From the IMG/VR virus record IMGVR_UViG_2731957752_000002, positions 24,025-88,024 of that record: DNA of 64,000 nt, one strand, 5' to 3'. Below, in pieces: positions 26,690 through 36,932 of this stretch; the stretch's first letter is position 1, and every line of letters begins with the position of its first letter. This DNA is from a virus. Taxonomy: Duplodnaviria; Caudoviricetes. The translations under genes were made by a program, and so were the position numbers. A model generated the notes under the pieces. It saw only the letters and a program-made list of their open reading frames with translations. It had not been told where the DNA came from and did no database searches.

Positions 26690-27454
26690 TCAAATACCTG
26701 CCTGCTCAAGCTGATCAAGGATGTCGGTCACCCTCTCCTGCATCGGACGCAGTGTCTCGATGATCGGCTCAGGTATGCCGTCGGGAAGGTCGATCGAAAT
26801 CGGGAAACCGACCGCCATCGCCACGAAATCCGCAGGATGCAGTGAGGGGTCTGCCTTGTGCCGAAACCGAAGCATGCACACCCGAGTCCCGACAGTCAGT
26901 TCGGATCCGTTGTACGACTCGCCGCCCTTGATGAGCTCGTAGCGGGGATCCGGCTGTATGTCGATCATCAACCTCACTGAGTTGGTGGCCAGCAGATACC
27001 TGTGCTTGTCGCGGTTGACAAGCGCATTCAGCCGCCACAGGGGATCCTCTTGGTATGAACTTGCCTGGTATGGCTGATTGGCCGTGATCACGGCCAAAAC
27101 TGCTGTATCGAACTGTGCGCCAGCATTGTTCAGCCTTGCGGGGCTTGTAACGATCGGAAACGAGATTTGCGTTTCACTAAGGTTTGGGCACCTCGCCCGC
27201 ACGTGGTCGAAGATCGAGTGATCGAGCGCTGCGCGCAGGTTTGTAAGGTAGTCACCGGTGATCAGCGAAAACTCCTCCGGCAACTCCACAGCCGAATCGA
27301 CCACTAGCGTGCAGGTGAACACCTGCTCGCCAGGTGTGTAGTCCCAGTCGGGGCGCAACGTGTACGGGCCGGGTTGCACGAAGTCGGACAGTGCTGACTG
27401 GAGTGTGTCGAGATGGTGTGCCGCGCGTCCCAGTTTCAGTCGTGCGCTCTCCAT
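26690..27454 (-). CDS. Hypothetical protein (moron, opposite strand)
   Basis: MESARLKLGRAAHHL...NLRAALDH...LVNRDKHR; lower GC. Confidence 0.75.
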   Translation of the reverse strand: MESARLKLGRAAHHLDTLQSALSDFVQPGPYTLRPDWDYTPGEQVFTCTLVVDSAVELPEEFSLITGDYLTNLRAALDHSIFDHVRARCPNLSETQISFPIVTSPARLNNAGAQFDTAVLAVITANQPYQASSYQEDPLWRLNALVNRDKHRYLLATNSVRLMIDIQPDPRYELIKGGESYNGSELTVGTRVCMLRFRHKADPSLHPADFVAMAVGFPISIDLPDGIPEPIIETLRPMQERVTDILDQLEQAGI

Positions 27455-27915
27455 CGCCGGAACCATCATTACTCGAAATGTACTGGCTCTCAGATGATTG
27501 TCAATGAAATTTAACTGCGCGTGATGCGTAGTGCGACCTCCATGCGAGGTAACGCAAATAGGTAGACGGTGACTGCCTGGAGAACCAACACCGCTAAGCA
27601 CAGAAGGAAGCCCCCGGCGCATACCCAACGGGTAGAGGCGACGCCGCGTAGCAGGGGGCAGCGGCGGCAACACGGGGGCGTTCCCCGTCAACGATAGCCG
27701 CTGACAATAAGTTTCGCCACCACCCTCGTGCCCCATTCGCTCACGGGGCCGCCGCGCCGATCTCACGCCGCGCGGCTGTAGGGGATCCAGGTGGCGGGGC
27801 CGCAGGCAGCGCTTACCCGCGCCGCGGCCCGCCCGCCGGGCCATTGTCGCTACCTGGGAGCCCGGCGGGCACAAACCACCCTCTCACCGCATCGAAAGCC
27901 TGCCAGGAGCAGCCC

Positions 27916-28881
27916 ATGTCCAATCCGCGCACTATTCGGACCACTGCTCTCGCAGGTGTCATCTTCCTCGGCAGCCTCGGATTCGCGACACCAACCGCCA
28001 CTGCCGACACCGAACCCGACTGCCGACCACTCGTTCTCGGCATCGGCGGCAACGGGCAGCGGTCGGCAGAAGCTGTCGGCCAGCCCGGTTTGATGGGCGC
28101 CCAGCTCGCGCATGAAGCCGCGCAGGGCAAGCAGGTGGAGTCCCTGGACTACAAGTCCAGCGTGTGGCCGACCGGCCCGTACACCAAAGACGAATCCGTC
28201 ACTGACGGCCGCGCCCGCGCAACCGAACGGATCAACCAGTATCGGCAGGACTGCCCCGGCGGACATGTGAAGGTCATCGGGCACAGCCTCGGCGCCGAGT
28301 TCGCTGACGAGGTGGGCGCCGATGAGGTTGTCACATACGGGGATCCGCGCCGTCCGGGCGGCATCTACGACGCGCTGCCCGGCATTGTTCCCGGCATCTC
28401 CTCGCCCGGCCCGCGTGAACCTGGCGGGACCGTGACGACCGTGTGCCACGAGTTCGACGCCATCTGCGATTCACCTGCGCCATGGTCGGACCCAGCCAAG
28501 TTCATCCAGGGGTGGGCGGGCTACCTGAGCGGCTGGCACTACTACGCGCCCGGCGAAGCCGACGGCCTGCCGCCCGGCGACCACTACGTAGACATGCCGG
28601 CGCCGCTGCCGTGGCTGCCCGAGAGCACCCCGACCGGGATCCCGGAAGCGCCGCACTTCGCGCTGCCACCCGTCGAGCCCGGTCCGCTGCCGAGCCTCAT
28701 GGACTTCAACCCGATCATCGACGCGGTCACACCGGATCCGTACGTGCCGACACCGCTTTCTGTGTACATCCCGGATGAGGTCGAAACCGTCCTGCCGTCC
28801 GAGGTTCTGACGTACGTTCCGCCGCCGTTGCCGGAGATCGTTCTCCCGCCACTGCCTGATCTGGGGGTTCGGCTGCCATGA
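27916..28881 (+). CDS. Secreted cutinase/PE-PPE-like serine hydrolase with Pro-rich tail
   Basis: Signal peptide, GHSLG, YGDP, D.ICD, H. Confidence 0.85.
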   Translation: MSNPRTIRTTALAGVIFLGSLGFATPTATADTEPDCRPLVLGIGGNGQRSAEAVGQPGLMGAQLAHEAAQGKQVESLDYKSSVWPTGPYTKDESVTDGRARATERINQYRQDCPGGHVKVIGHSLGAEFADEVGADEVVTYGDPRRPGGIYDALPGIVPGISSPGPREPGGTVTTVCHEFDAICDSPAPWSDPAKFIQGWAGYLSGWHYYAPGEADGLPPGDHYVDMPAPLPWLPESTPTGIPEAPHFALPPVEPGPLPSLMDFNPIIDAVTPDPYVPTPLSVYIPDEVETVLPSEVLTYVPPPLPEIVLPPLPDLGVRLP

Positions 28882-29072
28882 GTGACGCACTTGCCCACGC
28901 TCAATCGCGTGTCGCGTACGCGCAAGAGCGGCTTCGAAAGGCGCAGGAGAGCGTCGCTGCCAAGTCTCAGTACTTGGCGTACGCCTTCGCGGAACTCGCC
29001 AAGGCGGAACGCGACGCAGCCAGTGAACTCGCAGAAGTGAAGAGGGAGCTGGGCGCCGACGATGCCGAGTGA
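28878..29072 (+). CDS. Small coiled-coil protein
   Basis: Coupled ORF. Confidence 0.6.
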   Translation: MSDALAHAQSRVAYAQERLRKAQESVAAKSQYLAYAFAELAKAERDAASELAEVKRELGADDAE

Positions 29073-29316
29073 CATCACCGTCTACAGCAAGCCCAACTGC
29101 GTGCAGTGCGACGCCACCGTGCGCAAGCTCGACCAGCTCGGCGCAACCTACGTGAAGGTCGACGTCACCGAAGACATCGAAGCCCTCGAAACCATTCGAG
29201 CCATCGGCTACTCGCAGGCGCCAGTCGTCGTCGCGGGCGAGGACCACTGGTCCGGGTACCGCCCGCACCGAATCGAGGAACTGGTGGCCGATGCGCAAGA
29301 AGCAGTGGAGAGCTGA
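29062..29316 (+). CDS. nrdH: NrdH-like glutaredoxin
   Basis: CVQC, QAPVV, WSGYRP. Confidence 0.92.
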   Translation: MPSDITVYSKPNCVQCDATVRKLDQLGATYVKVDVTEDIEALETIRAIGYSQAPVVVAGEDHWSGYRPHRIEELVADAQEAVES

Positions 29317-29669
29317 ACCATCACCGACCGCTGAACGCGAATGGCATGTGCATCCGATCGACGACCTCATAGCGCACGAGCTTGACGGCCACGACTGCGC
29401 CTGCGGGCCACGGACTGAACTGCATCTACGTGGCTGGTTGATCATCCACCACAGCCTCGACGGCCGCGAACGCACCGAACGATCCCCGCGCGGGCAGGAG
29501 AACGACTCATGAAATTCCGGCTCAAGCTGTGGGCGTTCGAACTCGAAATCAACACCCCCGAACCCGTACAGGTGTCACCCACCGACCTGGTCACCGCATT
29601 GTGGTCGGCCATCTCGGCGCACCCGATGCAGCCGATCGTGCTCGTTGAGGACACTGAAGCCGAGGACTG

Positions 29670-29918
29670 ATGCACGCCTACCGATCACGGATCAAGGGAG
29701 AGTATGCGTGGTTGATTTTGGGAGTCTCGGTGCTCGTATATGAGGCCCTTGCACCGGCCGATCAACTGCTGACGACGGCGTGTGCGCGGGGATTGACGCG
29801 CCATCCTGTGCTTACTCGGGCCGCGATTGTAATCACGGCCGCTCATCTGCTCCGGCTCATACCCCCCTCGTTGGACCCGTATAGTGGAGCTGAAAAGCTC
29901 CTCCGAAAGTGGAATTAA
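29670..29918 (+). CDS. Small membrane protein
   Basis: AW...YE...QLL...AHL...DP pattern. Confidence 0.65.
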   Translation: MHAYRSRIKGEYAWLILGVSVLVYEALAPADQLLTTACARGLTRHPVLTRAAIVITAAHLLRLIPPSLDPYSGAEKLLRKWN

Positions 29919-29946
29919 ATCGACTGTCGCAAGCGTTATTTCAGAT

Positions 29947-30705
29947 ATGGTTGATGTCGAACGATGGTCCGATATTCCCGGATATGAGGGCTACTATCAA
30001 GCGAGCGACCAGGGGCGGATAAAGAGCCTCCGGCGAACGATCCTGCGAGCCAACGGCATCCCGCAAACGGTGAAAGAGCGGATCCTTCGCCCAGGTCGAT
30101 TGAGCAGCGGGCATCTTCATGTCGCGCTGAACGCGCCCGATAAGTCAATCAAGACGCGCCGAGTGCATCAGCTTGTCATGCTGGCATTTGTGGGACCGAC
30201 GCCCGAAGGGCTTGAGATCTGCCACAACGACGGCAACCATGAGAACAATCGTCTCGATAATCTCCGGTTCGACACTCACGCTGAGAATATGCGGGATGTC
30301 ATCAGGCATGGTGGCAATGCATACACGCGCCGGACCATGTGTCCAAATGGTCACGAGTACACATCTGAGAATGCCGGTGCAATCAAGGGGCGCGGTGGAC
30401 GCTACTGTCGCGCATGCAAGTCGGAGAACTGGCGGGCATGGCGAGGACAACAGGAACCACGAGGGCCGCGGTCGCACTGCCGTAAAGGGCATGAGTACCG
30501 TCCTGGTTCCTTCACTCAAAATGGTGAGTCCGGACGGCGTCTATGCATCGAATGTCAGCGGGCGAGAACGGCACGACAGCGTCCGACGCATTGCCACCGA
30601 GGGCATGAACAGAACAGTCAGAATGCATATACGGGCAAAGATGGCCGACGTCAGTGTCGTGTCTGCAAGAACGCCCGGCGGCGCAAGAACTCTCAAACTC
30701 CTTGA
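29947..30705 (+). CDS. NUMOD4-HNH endonuclease with three Zn-finger repeats
   Basis: W..IPGYEG.YQAS..GRI; CHNDGN..NNRLDNL; three CxxGH...CxxC. Confidence 0.9.
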   Translation: MVDVERWSDIPGYEGYYQASDQGRIKSLRRTILRANGIPQTVKERILRPGRLSSGHLHVALNAPDKSIKTRRVHQLVMLAFVGPTPEGLEICHNDGNHENNRLDNLRFDTHAENMRDVIRHGGNAYTRRTMCPNGHEYTSENAGAIKGRGGRYCRACKSENWRAWRGQQEPRGPRSHCRKGHEYRPGSFTQNGESGRRLCIECQRARTARQRPTHCHRGHEQNSQNAYTGKDGRRQCRVCKNARRRKNSQTP

Positions 30706-30857
30706 GCGAGTGACAACACCACGCCCACATCTGTCCCTAACCGGCAGCGGAGCTCCTGTCATTTCTCTCAATCGGCTTGCCCAGGCGGCAGCCGCCCCCA
30801 CCCCCAACTGATCGCGGACCGGCCAGGAGCCCGCCGCGCATCCTGGAGGTCCGCCAC

Positions 30858-31385
30858 ATGGCACGAAAACGCACCATCCCCGTCGAAGTCCTCGTGCAAG
30901 CGCAGGAACGTCGCAACAAGATCCTGGAACTGCGTCTCGCAGGCAAGTCCCAAGCCCAGATCGTGGCCGAAACAGGCTGGTCCAAACAGACCGTCAGCGC
31001 CGACCTGAAACGAGCTATCGAGGACATCACCCGCGAAAACGCCGAAGAATACCGGGAACTGGAACTCACCCGCCTCGACGAAATGTGGGCAGCCATCTGG
31101 CCGCGGATCGTCAACCCGAAAAACGCCGAGGAACGCAAAGCCCAACCATGGTTAATGGACCGCGCATTCGAGATCATCGAGAAGCGCGCCAAACTCACAG
31201 GCACTTACAAGGCAGCCGAACTGCGCGCCATCGCTGACGCCAAGGGTGGTGTCGGCACCGAGACTTTGTCCATGGTCGGCAGCTTCTTCAGCCGACTGGA
31301 AGAACTCGTCGCAGCCGATCAGCTCGCCGACGACAACGAGGAGACAGAGCCCGCAGATAGCGACGAAACGGACCTTCCAGAGTGA
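30858..31385 (+). CDS. Terminase small subunit
   Basis: N-terminal HTH, ELTRLD, RAKLTG; precedes TerL. Confidence 0.75.
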   Translation: MARKRTIPVEVLVQAQERRNKILELRLAGKSQAQIVAETGWSKQTVSADLKRAIEDITRENAEEYRELELTRLDEMWAAIWPRIVNPKNAEERKAQPWLMDRAFEIIEKRAKLTGTYKAAELRAIADAKGGVGTETLSMVGSFFSRLEELVAADQLADDNEETEPADSDETDLPE

Positions 31386-32692
31386 ACGTCCTCGACGACC
31401 TGCCACTGTCTCGCAAGCAGATCGTCAGCATCGTCGAAGCCCGCCGCTACCGCACCACCATCTGGTCAGGAGCCGTCCGCGCCGGCAAAACCATCGCCTC
31501 GATTCTCGCGTTCTACGACGCCGTGCACAAGGCGCCCGACACCGGGCTCATCATCATCGTCGGCCGAACGTTGCAGACCATTGAACGCAACATCATCGAA
31601 CCGATGCAGGACGAGAACGTCTTCGGTCCGTGGGCGGCAGAGGTGCATCACACCCGCGGCTCGAACATCGCGGTAATCCTCGGTCGCACCGTGCACTTGA
31701 TCGGCGCGTCCGATGTGCGCGCGGAGGGGAAGTTGCGCGGCATGACGTGTTGCCTCGCGCTCGTCGACGAAGCAACGTTGTTGCCAGAGAACTTCTGGAC
31801 CCAGTTGCAAGCGCGACTCTCGGTTCCTGGCGCCCGTTGTCTCGCGACAACGAATCCGGACAATCCTGCCCACTATTTGAAGACGAAGTTCATCGACAAG
31901 GCGTCCGACCCAGAGATGCGGTTGCGTGCGTGGAACTTCACGATGGACGACAACCCGTCTCTCGACCCGGAATTCGTGGCTACCACGAAGGCGTCGTTCA
32001 CGGGATTGTTCTATCTCCGCAACATTCTCGGACATTGGGTTGCCGCCGAAGGCGGCGTGTATGACTGCTTTGATCCCGATCGGCATGTGGTGAAATGGGC
32101 CGACCTGCCCGAGATGCAATGGTATGTGGGTGTCGGCGTCGATCACGGTACGACTAACCCGACCGCCGCGACCATGGTTGGCCTCGGCGTGGACAATGTC
32201 CTCTATGCGGTCGACGAATGGCGGTATGAACCCAGCAGCAAGGAAGCCCGCCGGACCAACGTACAACTGTCCCAAGGGCTACGAACATGGCTTGCCGGTC
32301 CGCACCACCCGAGCGAAGACCCAGACAGTCCGCCCCGGATCACATGCCCCGTGGTCGTCGACCCCGCCGCTGCGGACTTCCGTGTCCAGTTGAAACAGGA
32401 CGGGCTCAGCACCGGCCCCGCCCAAAACGATGTCCTCTATGGGATCAGGACGGTGTCCGCTCTTTTCAGCGTGGACAAACTGAAGATAGCTGATCGATGC
32501 GTCGGGCTTATCAAAGAGATTCCCGGCTATGTGTGGGATACCAAGGCCACCGAAGAAGGAAAAGACCAGCCGATCAAGCTGGATGATCATTCTGTGGACA
32601 GTGTTAGGTACGCCCTGGTTTCGACTGAGCGGAAATGGCGGCGCCGCGTAAAGCTGGCGCATGATTCGAAAGCAGAACCGGTTGCTGCGTGA
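31382..32692 (+). CDS. terL: Terminase large subunit (PBSX-like)
   Basis: GAVRAGKT, LVDE, TTNP, DHG, DHSVDSVRY. Confidence 0.95.
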   Translation: MNVLDDLPLSRKQIVSIVEARRYRTTIWSGAVRAGKTIASILAFYDAVHKAPDTGLIIIVGRTLQTIERNIIEPMQDENVFGPWAAEVHHTRGSNIAVILGRTVHLIGASDVRAEGKLRGMTCCLALVDEATLLPENFWTQLQARLSVPGARCLATTNPDNPAHYLKTKFIDKASDPEMRLRAWNFTMDDNPSLDPEFVATTKASFTGLFYLRNILGHWVAAEGGVYDCFDPDRHVVKWADLPEMQWYVGVGVDHGTTNPTAATMVGLGVDNVLYAVDEWRYEPSSKEARRTNVQLSQGLRTWLAGPHHPSEDPDSPPRITCPVVVDPAAADFRVQLKQDGLSTGPAQNDVLYGIRTVSALFSVDKLKIADRCVGLIKEIPGYVWDTKATEEGKDQPIKLDDHSVDSVRYALVSTERKWRRRVKLAHDSKAEPVAA

Positions 32693-32761
32693 TTTGCGTC
32701 GACGAATTCGGGTTTGCTATCGCCGATACGATCATACTAGTCAGTTGATCTAGGAGGCGGA

Positions 32762-33016
32762 ATGTCCCTCGCGGATGATCTATTCGAGGACGCTCAAGAG
32801 AAAAGCAAGCCGATACCGTGTAAGACCGGTGTTTGGATCGCTGGGCTCCCCGACCGCGACCGAGAAGCATTCGACGAGTTTCTCAACAACGGCGGCCCGG
32901 TTTCGAACCTGTGGCGGCTGGCGGTCAAGAATGGCTGCGCATCCGCCGAGACCCGCTTCCGCGCGCACTGCCGGAAACGATGCTCCTGCTACAACGCTTT
33001 GGAGATCGCTGCGTGA
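32762..33016 (+). CDS. Small Zn/HTH-like protein
   Basis: C...HCRKRCSC; AGGAGG RBS. Confidence 0.7.
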   Translation: MSLADDLFEDAQEKSKPIPCKTGVWIAGLPDRDREAFDEFLNNGGPVSNLWRLAVKNGCASAETRFRAHCRKRCSCYNALEIAA

Positions 33017-34155
33017 GCCTCGCCGACGACCTCTCTCGGCAGCCGACTGCCGCGGAATCGGAGTACCGGCCGCGTACTGAATTCGACGGCCGCGCCGGGG
33101 GATACATCCAGACCGGGCCGCTGCCAACCGCACCCGCCTCCTACACAGAGCTGCTGGAACAGTTCGGCTACAACCCTGATGAAGTCGAGATCGTCGGTCA
33201 CCCGCGGGTGAGCCGCTGGCAGGGCTTCAGCGGGGAATGGTTAGCGGCATACCGGTTCCGTATCGCGCCGAAGGCCGCACCGTCGAACGTTGACGACTTG
33301 CTGGCACGCATCAATGCGTGGACTGCACATCAACCGGTCGCCGCGCCTGGGCCGCACGTGTTCAACCTTCAGTGCTCGGATTTGCAGATCGCCAAGGTCG
33401 ACAACGGTGGCACCGAAACGATCGTCGAGAAGTTCTTGGAGACCGTCGACCGCGCCGTAGCTGAATACAACTCGCTGAAGCCCCGCGGCATCGCCGGCGT
33501 CCACATCTTGTTTCCCGGCGATTGCATCGAGGGCAACCAATCGCAGGACGGCCGCAACTGGTGGCGCACCGAATACGGTGTCACCACCCAAACCCGGATC
33601 CTGCGCCGCCTGATGCTGCACACCGTCGAACAGTTCGCGCCACTCACTGACCAGGTTTGGATGTCGGTCGTCAACGGCAACCACGATCAGGCCCAAAGGT
33701 TCCAGAACACGAACCCTGGTGACGGGTGGGCCACAGAGTGCGCGATCAGCGTCGCCGACGCCCTGAAGATGAACCCGGCCGCGTTCGGGCACGTCACCGT
33801 CGAGGTGCCGGACCCTGAGCAGGGGTTCATGACCGTCGCTCGCGGCGACACCATCTTCACCATCGCGCACGGTCACCAGTGGAAGGGCGGCGCCAGCGCG
33901 AAGCATTCGCATGCTTTCACCTGGTGGTCCGATCAAGCCTTCCACCAGCAGAACCCTGCGGGCGCTCATGTCTTAGCGCACGGCCACTTTCACAGTTGGG
34001 CCGTCGAAACGTCGAAGACCCGCACCCGCATCTGCTCGCCCACCTTCGACGGCGGCAGCAACTACTACCGAGACCTGACCGGCGCTGAAGCCAAGCGCGG
34101 CGGCCTCATCTACCTCACCCGAGCAGGCGAAGTCTCCAACATGAGCCTCGTCTAA
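33013..34155 (+). CDS. Metallophosphoesterase-fold nuclease-like protein
   Basis: SDLQ, GDCIEG, GNHD, HGH, GHFH. Confidence 0.85.
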   Translation: MSLADDLSRQPTAAESEYRPRTEFDGRAGGYIQTGPLPTAPASYTELLEQFGYNPDEVEIVGHPRVSRWQGFSGEWLAAYRFRIAPKAAPSNVDDLLARINAWTAHQPVAAPGPHVFNLQCSDLQIAKVDNGGTETIVEKFLETVDRAVAEYNSLKPRGIAGVHILFPGDCIEGNQSQDGRNWWRTEYGVTTQTRILRRLMLHTVEQFAPLTDQVWMSVVNGNHDQAQRFQNTNPGDGWATECAISVADALKMNPAAFGHVTVEVPDPEQGFMTVARGDTIFTIAHGHQWKGGASAKHSHAFTWWSDQAFHQQNPAGAHVLAHGHFHSWAVETSKTRTRICSPTFDGGSNYYRDLTGAEAKRGGLIYLTRAGEVSNMSLV

Positions 34156-34216
34156 CGGGCTTTCGAACTTCACTGCGCCCCCGATTCGGCGCGTACACCT
34201 TTTCGGGAGGCGCCCC

Positions 34217-35824
34217 GTGGCGATGCCTGAGTTCAAAGGCGCGTGGCCGCCGGAGCCCCACGATCAGGCGGCAGACGCCTACGACACCTTCACCGCCTGG
34301 TGGTCAGGTGATGTGGAAACGCTTCAGGAGATCTACAGCGATAGCAGCCGGATGCCAGCGCCGCGGCCGTCGCAGTTGGCGGGTGGGTGGCGAGGCCGGC
34401 TGGCCCGCTTTTGGTACGGCCGACCAGTCCTTCAGGACACCAAGCGCCTTCACATCCCGGCCGCCGCGGATATCGCAACCACTTCAGCGGACCTGCTGTT
34501 CGGTCAGCCCCCTACCTGGCTGTTCAACCAGGGCGATGCGAAAGACCTCCAAGCCGCGCAGGACCGGTTGTCGGATCTGCTCGACGGCGCCGACACGGTA
34601 GCGACCCTGTTGGAAGCTGCTGAGGTGCAAGCGGCCTTGGGTGGTGTCTACATTCGGCTCCATTGGGACAAAGAGGCCACTGAGAAGGTGATGTTCTCCG
34701 CGGTCGCCCCTGACGCTGCTATCCCGGAGTGGCGGTACGGGAAGCTGATCGCAGTGACTTTCTGGTCTGTTGTCGCGAAGGACAAGCGGGGCACGTGGCG
34801 GCACTTGGAGCACCACAGTATCGGCAGGATCGAACATGCCCTCTATCTGGGTGATGACGGCTCGATTGGCCGTGAAGTGCCGCTCGACTTGTTGGATGCC
34901 ACGAAGTGGGCCGCCGATCAGCCTGTCGTAGAGACCGGCGTGGACGGCTTGACTGCCTGCTACATCCCGAACGTTCGTCCGGCTCGCCGCTGGCGAAACA
35001 CTCCCGGCCTGTCCGCACTGGGCCGCTCAGACTTCGAGGGTGTGGAGCCGCTGTTCGACGCACTGGACGAGGTGTGGTCGTCGTGGATGCGGGATATCGA
35101 TCTCGCGAAAGCCCGCCTGTTCGTCGCGCAGGAGCTGTTGGAGGATCAAGGACCGGGCAAGGGCTCCACGTTCGACCCGGAGCAGGCGATCTTCACGCCG
35201 GTGCCGTCCGATGGGATGGCGCTGAATGACGACAGCGGCGCGCGGCTCGTGCAAGCCCAGCAGTTCGCGATTCGGGTGGAGGAGCACTCGAAGACGTGCG
35301 ACAAGCTGTTGAAGCAAATCCTTCGCGCGGCAGGCTATTCGGCGGGCGACTTCGACGATTCGGAGACTGCCGGTGCGATCACCGCTACCGAGGTGTCCGC
35401 GCGCAAGGACAAGTCGAACACCACCCGATCCCGGAAAATACTTTACTGGCAGAGCGAGTTTCCAAAACTTGCGTCGGTCGCACTCCGCCTCGATGGACTG
35501 ATCTTCCAGCGCCCCGATCTCGGAATCACCGCCGACCCGGAAATGGTGTTCCCGGTGCGCGTGGACCAGGATCCGGTGCAGTTGGCTACCGCGCTTTCCG
35601 CGTTGAAGACTGCCCGGTTGATCTCGACGGAGACCGCGGTCCGGGAACGCAACCCGAACTGGTCGAAGGACGAGGTTGACGACGAGGTCGCCCGGATCCT
35701 GAAGGAAAACACGCTGGAAGTCGCTGACCCTGATGGCGGCGAGTTCGAACCAGCCCACGAGGAACCCGACACCGGTTTCACCGATGAGGTCGAGCCCGAC
35801 AGTGAGGTGGAGGAGGCGGCGTAA
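34217..35824 (+). CDS. Portal protein
   Basis: SADLLFG, GRSDF, IRVEEH, TATEV; position. Confidence 0.9.
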   Translation: MAMPEFKGAWPPEPHDQAADAYDTFTAWWSGDVETLQEIYSDSSRMPAPRPSQLAGGWRGRLARFWYGRPVLQDTKRLHIPAAADIATTSADLLFGQPPTWLFNQGDAKDLQAAQDRLSDLLDGADTVATLLEAAEVQAALGGVYIRLHWDKEATEKVMFSAVAPDAAIPEWRYGKLIAVTFWSVVAKDKRGTWRHLEHHSIGRIEHALYLGDDGSIGREVPLDLLDATKWAADQPVVETGVDGLTACYIPNVRPARRWRNTPGLSALGRSDFEGVEPLFDALDEVWSSWMRDIDLAKARLFVAQELLEDQGPGKGSTFDPEQAIFTPVPSDGMALNDDSGARLVQAQQFAIRVEEHSKTCDKLLKQILRAAGYSAGDFDDSETAGAITATEVSARKDKSNTTRSRKILYWQSEFPKLASVALRLDGLIFQRPDLGITADPEMVFPVRVDQDPVQLATALSALKTARLISTETAVRERNPNWSKDEVDDEVARILKENTLEVADPDGGEFEPAHEEPDTGFTDEVEPDSEVEEAA

Positions 35825-36786
35825 TGCCTCTGACCCCTTCCTACGGTGACCGCCGCATCGGCCCGATTCAACGCCTCTACCGCAAGACGGAGAAGCGACT
35901 GATTCAGTGGCTCGCTAAGACTGTGGCCCCTGGCGTTGGGCATGGGTGGGCGTGGGCGTACAACGCCCTGTCCCGCCTGCTGAAGTTCCGGGTCGGTGTT
36001 GACCGAATCATGTCCGAAACCGATAACGTGATGCAGCCGCGCGTGGAATCTGCGATCCGCGGCGCTTGGCGAGACGGACTTACTGAGGCTCGACGCGATG
36101 CAGGGCCCGCGCCGGCGCCGGATGAGCGGCCGATGTGGCGGATCATCGACGACACCACCGAGGCGATTCGTGGCGCGCACCGCCATGTTCCGCGCTCGCT
36201 GGACAACGTGTACCGCGAGATCGTTGACGCCGCAGTGCATCCCCGCGAGATCGGGGAGCAGGCGCGCAGGGACGCGGTGCAACGTGCGCTGGAAGCGTTC
36301 GCACGCCAAGGCATCACGGGGTTCATGGACTCCCGTGGTCGTCGCTACGACTTCGTCACCTATGTGGAGACTGCGGTCCGTTCGGCGATCACTCGCGCCG
36401 AGGTGGATGCCTACTGTGCACAAGCTGTCTCGGCTGGGCATGACCTTGTGATCGTGTCCGATGTCGCTGGCTCCTGCCCGCTGTGCCGCCCTTTCGAGGG
36501 CCAAGTGTTGAGCATCACCGGCAACACCGTCGGCGCCATCGCCCGCGACAACAGCACGGGCCACGCCGTGCGTGTGCGCGTGTTGTGCTCGCTCGCGCAG
36601 GCACGTGAACGTGGCCTGTGGCATCGCAATTGCCGACACACCCTCAAGGTGTGGACGCCCGATGACCCTGCTCCGCCGCGTGCGGCCCGTGTTCCTGCCG
36701 AAGTGCGTGAGCGGCGTCGCCGTCAACGCAGTGCTGCGCGCCGGAACCGTATCCGTGAACGCGTCGGATTCGTTGCACAGTCCTAA
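35824..36786 (+). CDS. Minor capsid protein (MuF/Phage_min_cap2-like)
   Basis: CPLCRPFEGQVLS, GLWHRNCRH. Confidence 0.88.
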   Translation: MPLTPSYGDRRIGPIQRLYRKTEKRLIQWLAKTVAPGVGHGWAWAYNALSRLLKFRVGVDRIMSETDNVMQPRVESAIRGAWRDGLTEARRDAGPAPAPDERPMWRIIDDTTEAIRGAHRHVPRSLDNVYREIVDAAVHPREIGEQARRDAVQRALEAFARQGITGFMDSRGRRYDFVTYVETAVRSAITRAEVDAYCAQAVSAGHDLVIVSDVAGSCPLCRPFEGQVLSITGNTVGAIARDNSTGHAVRVRVLCSLAQARERGLWHRNCRHTLKVWTPDDPAPPRAARVPAEVRERRRRQRSAARRNRIRERVGFVAQS

Positions 36787-36932
36787 ATAAGCTTCCCGCC
36801 TTCTGTGCGGGGACTCTACCCCCAACCTTTAACTCAGAATTCCTGAGTTAAAGGTTCTGAGGGTTTCGTCATTTCAACACCCTGTATGGCCAGGTTGCCT
36901 GCGGGTGTTTCTGCGTGTCCAGGAGGCACATC

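Noticed and set aside
26171-26700. Genetic recoding or suppressor tRNA
   Set aside because: Genes read normally in code 11; no suppressor anticodon in a valid loop
27455-27874. N-terminal 140 aa of the 394-aa minus-strand ORF
   Set aside because: Low-complexity Arg/Pro/Gly translation of a structured GC-rich region; plausible start at 27454
35824-36786. MuF-fused polymorphic toxin
   Set aside because: Protein ends shortly after the HxNCRH motif; no toxin domain
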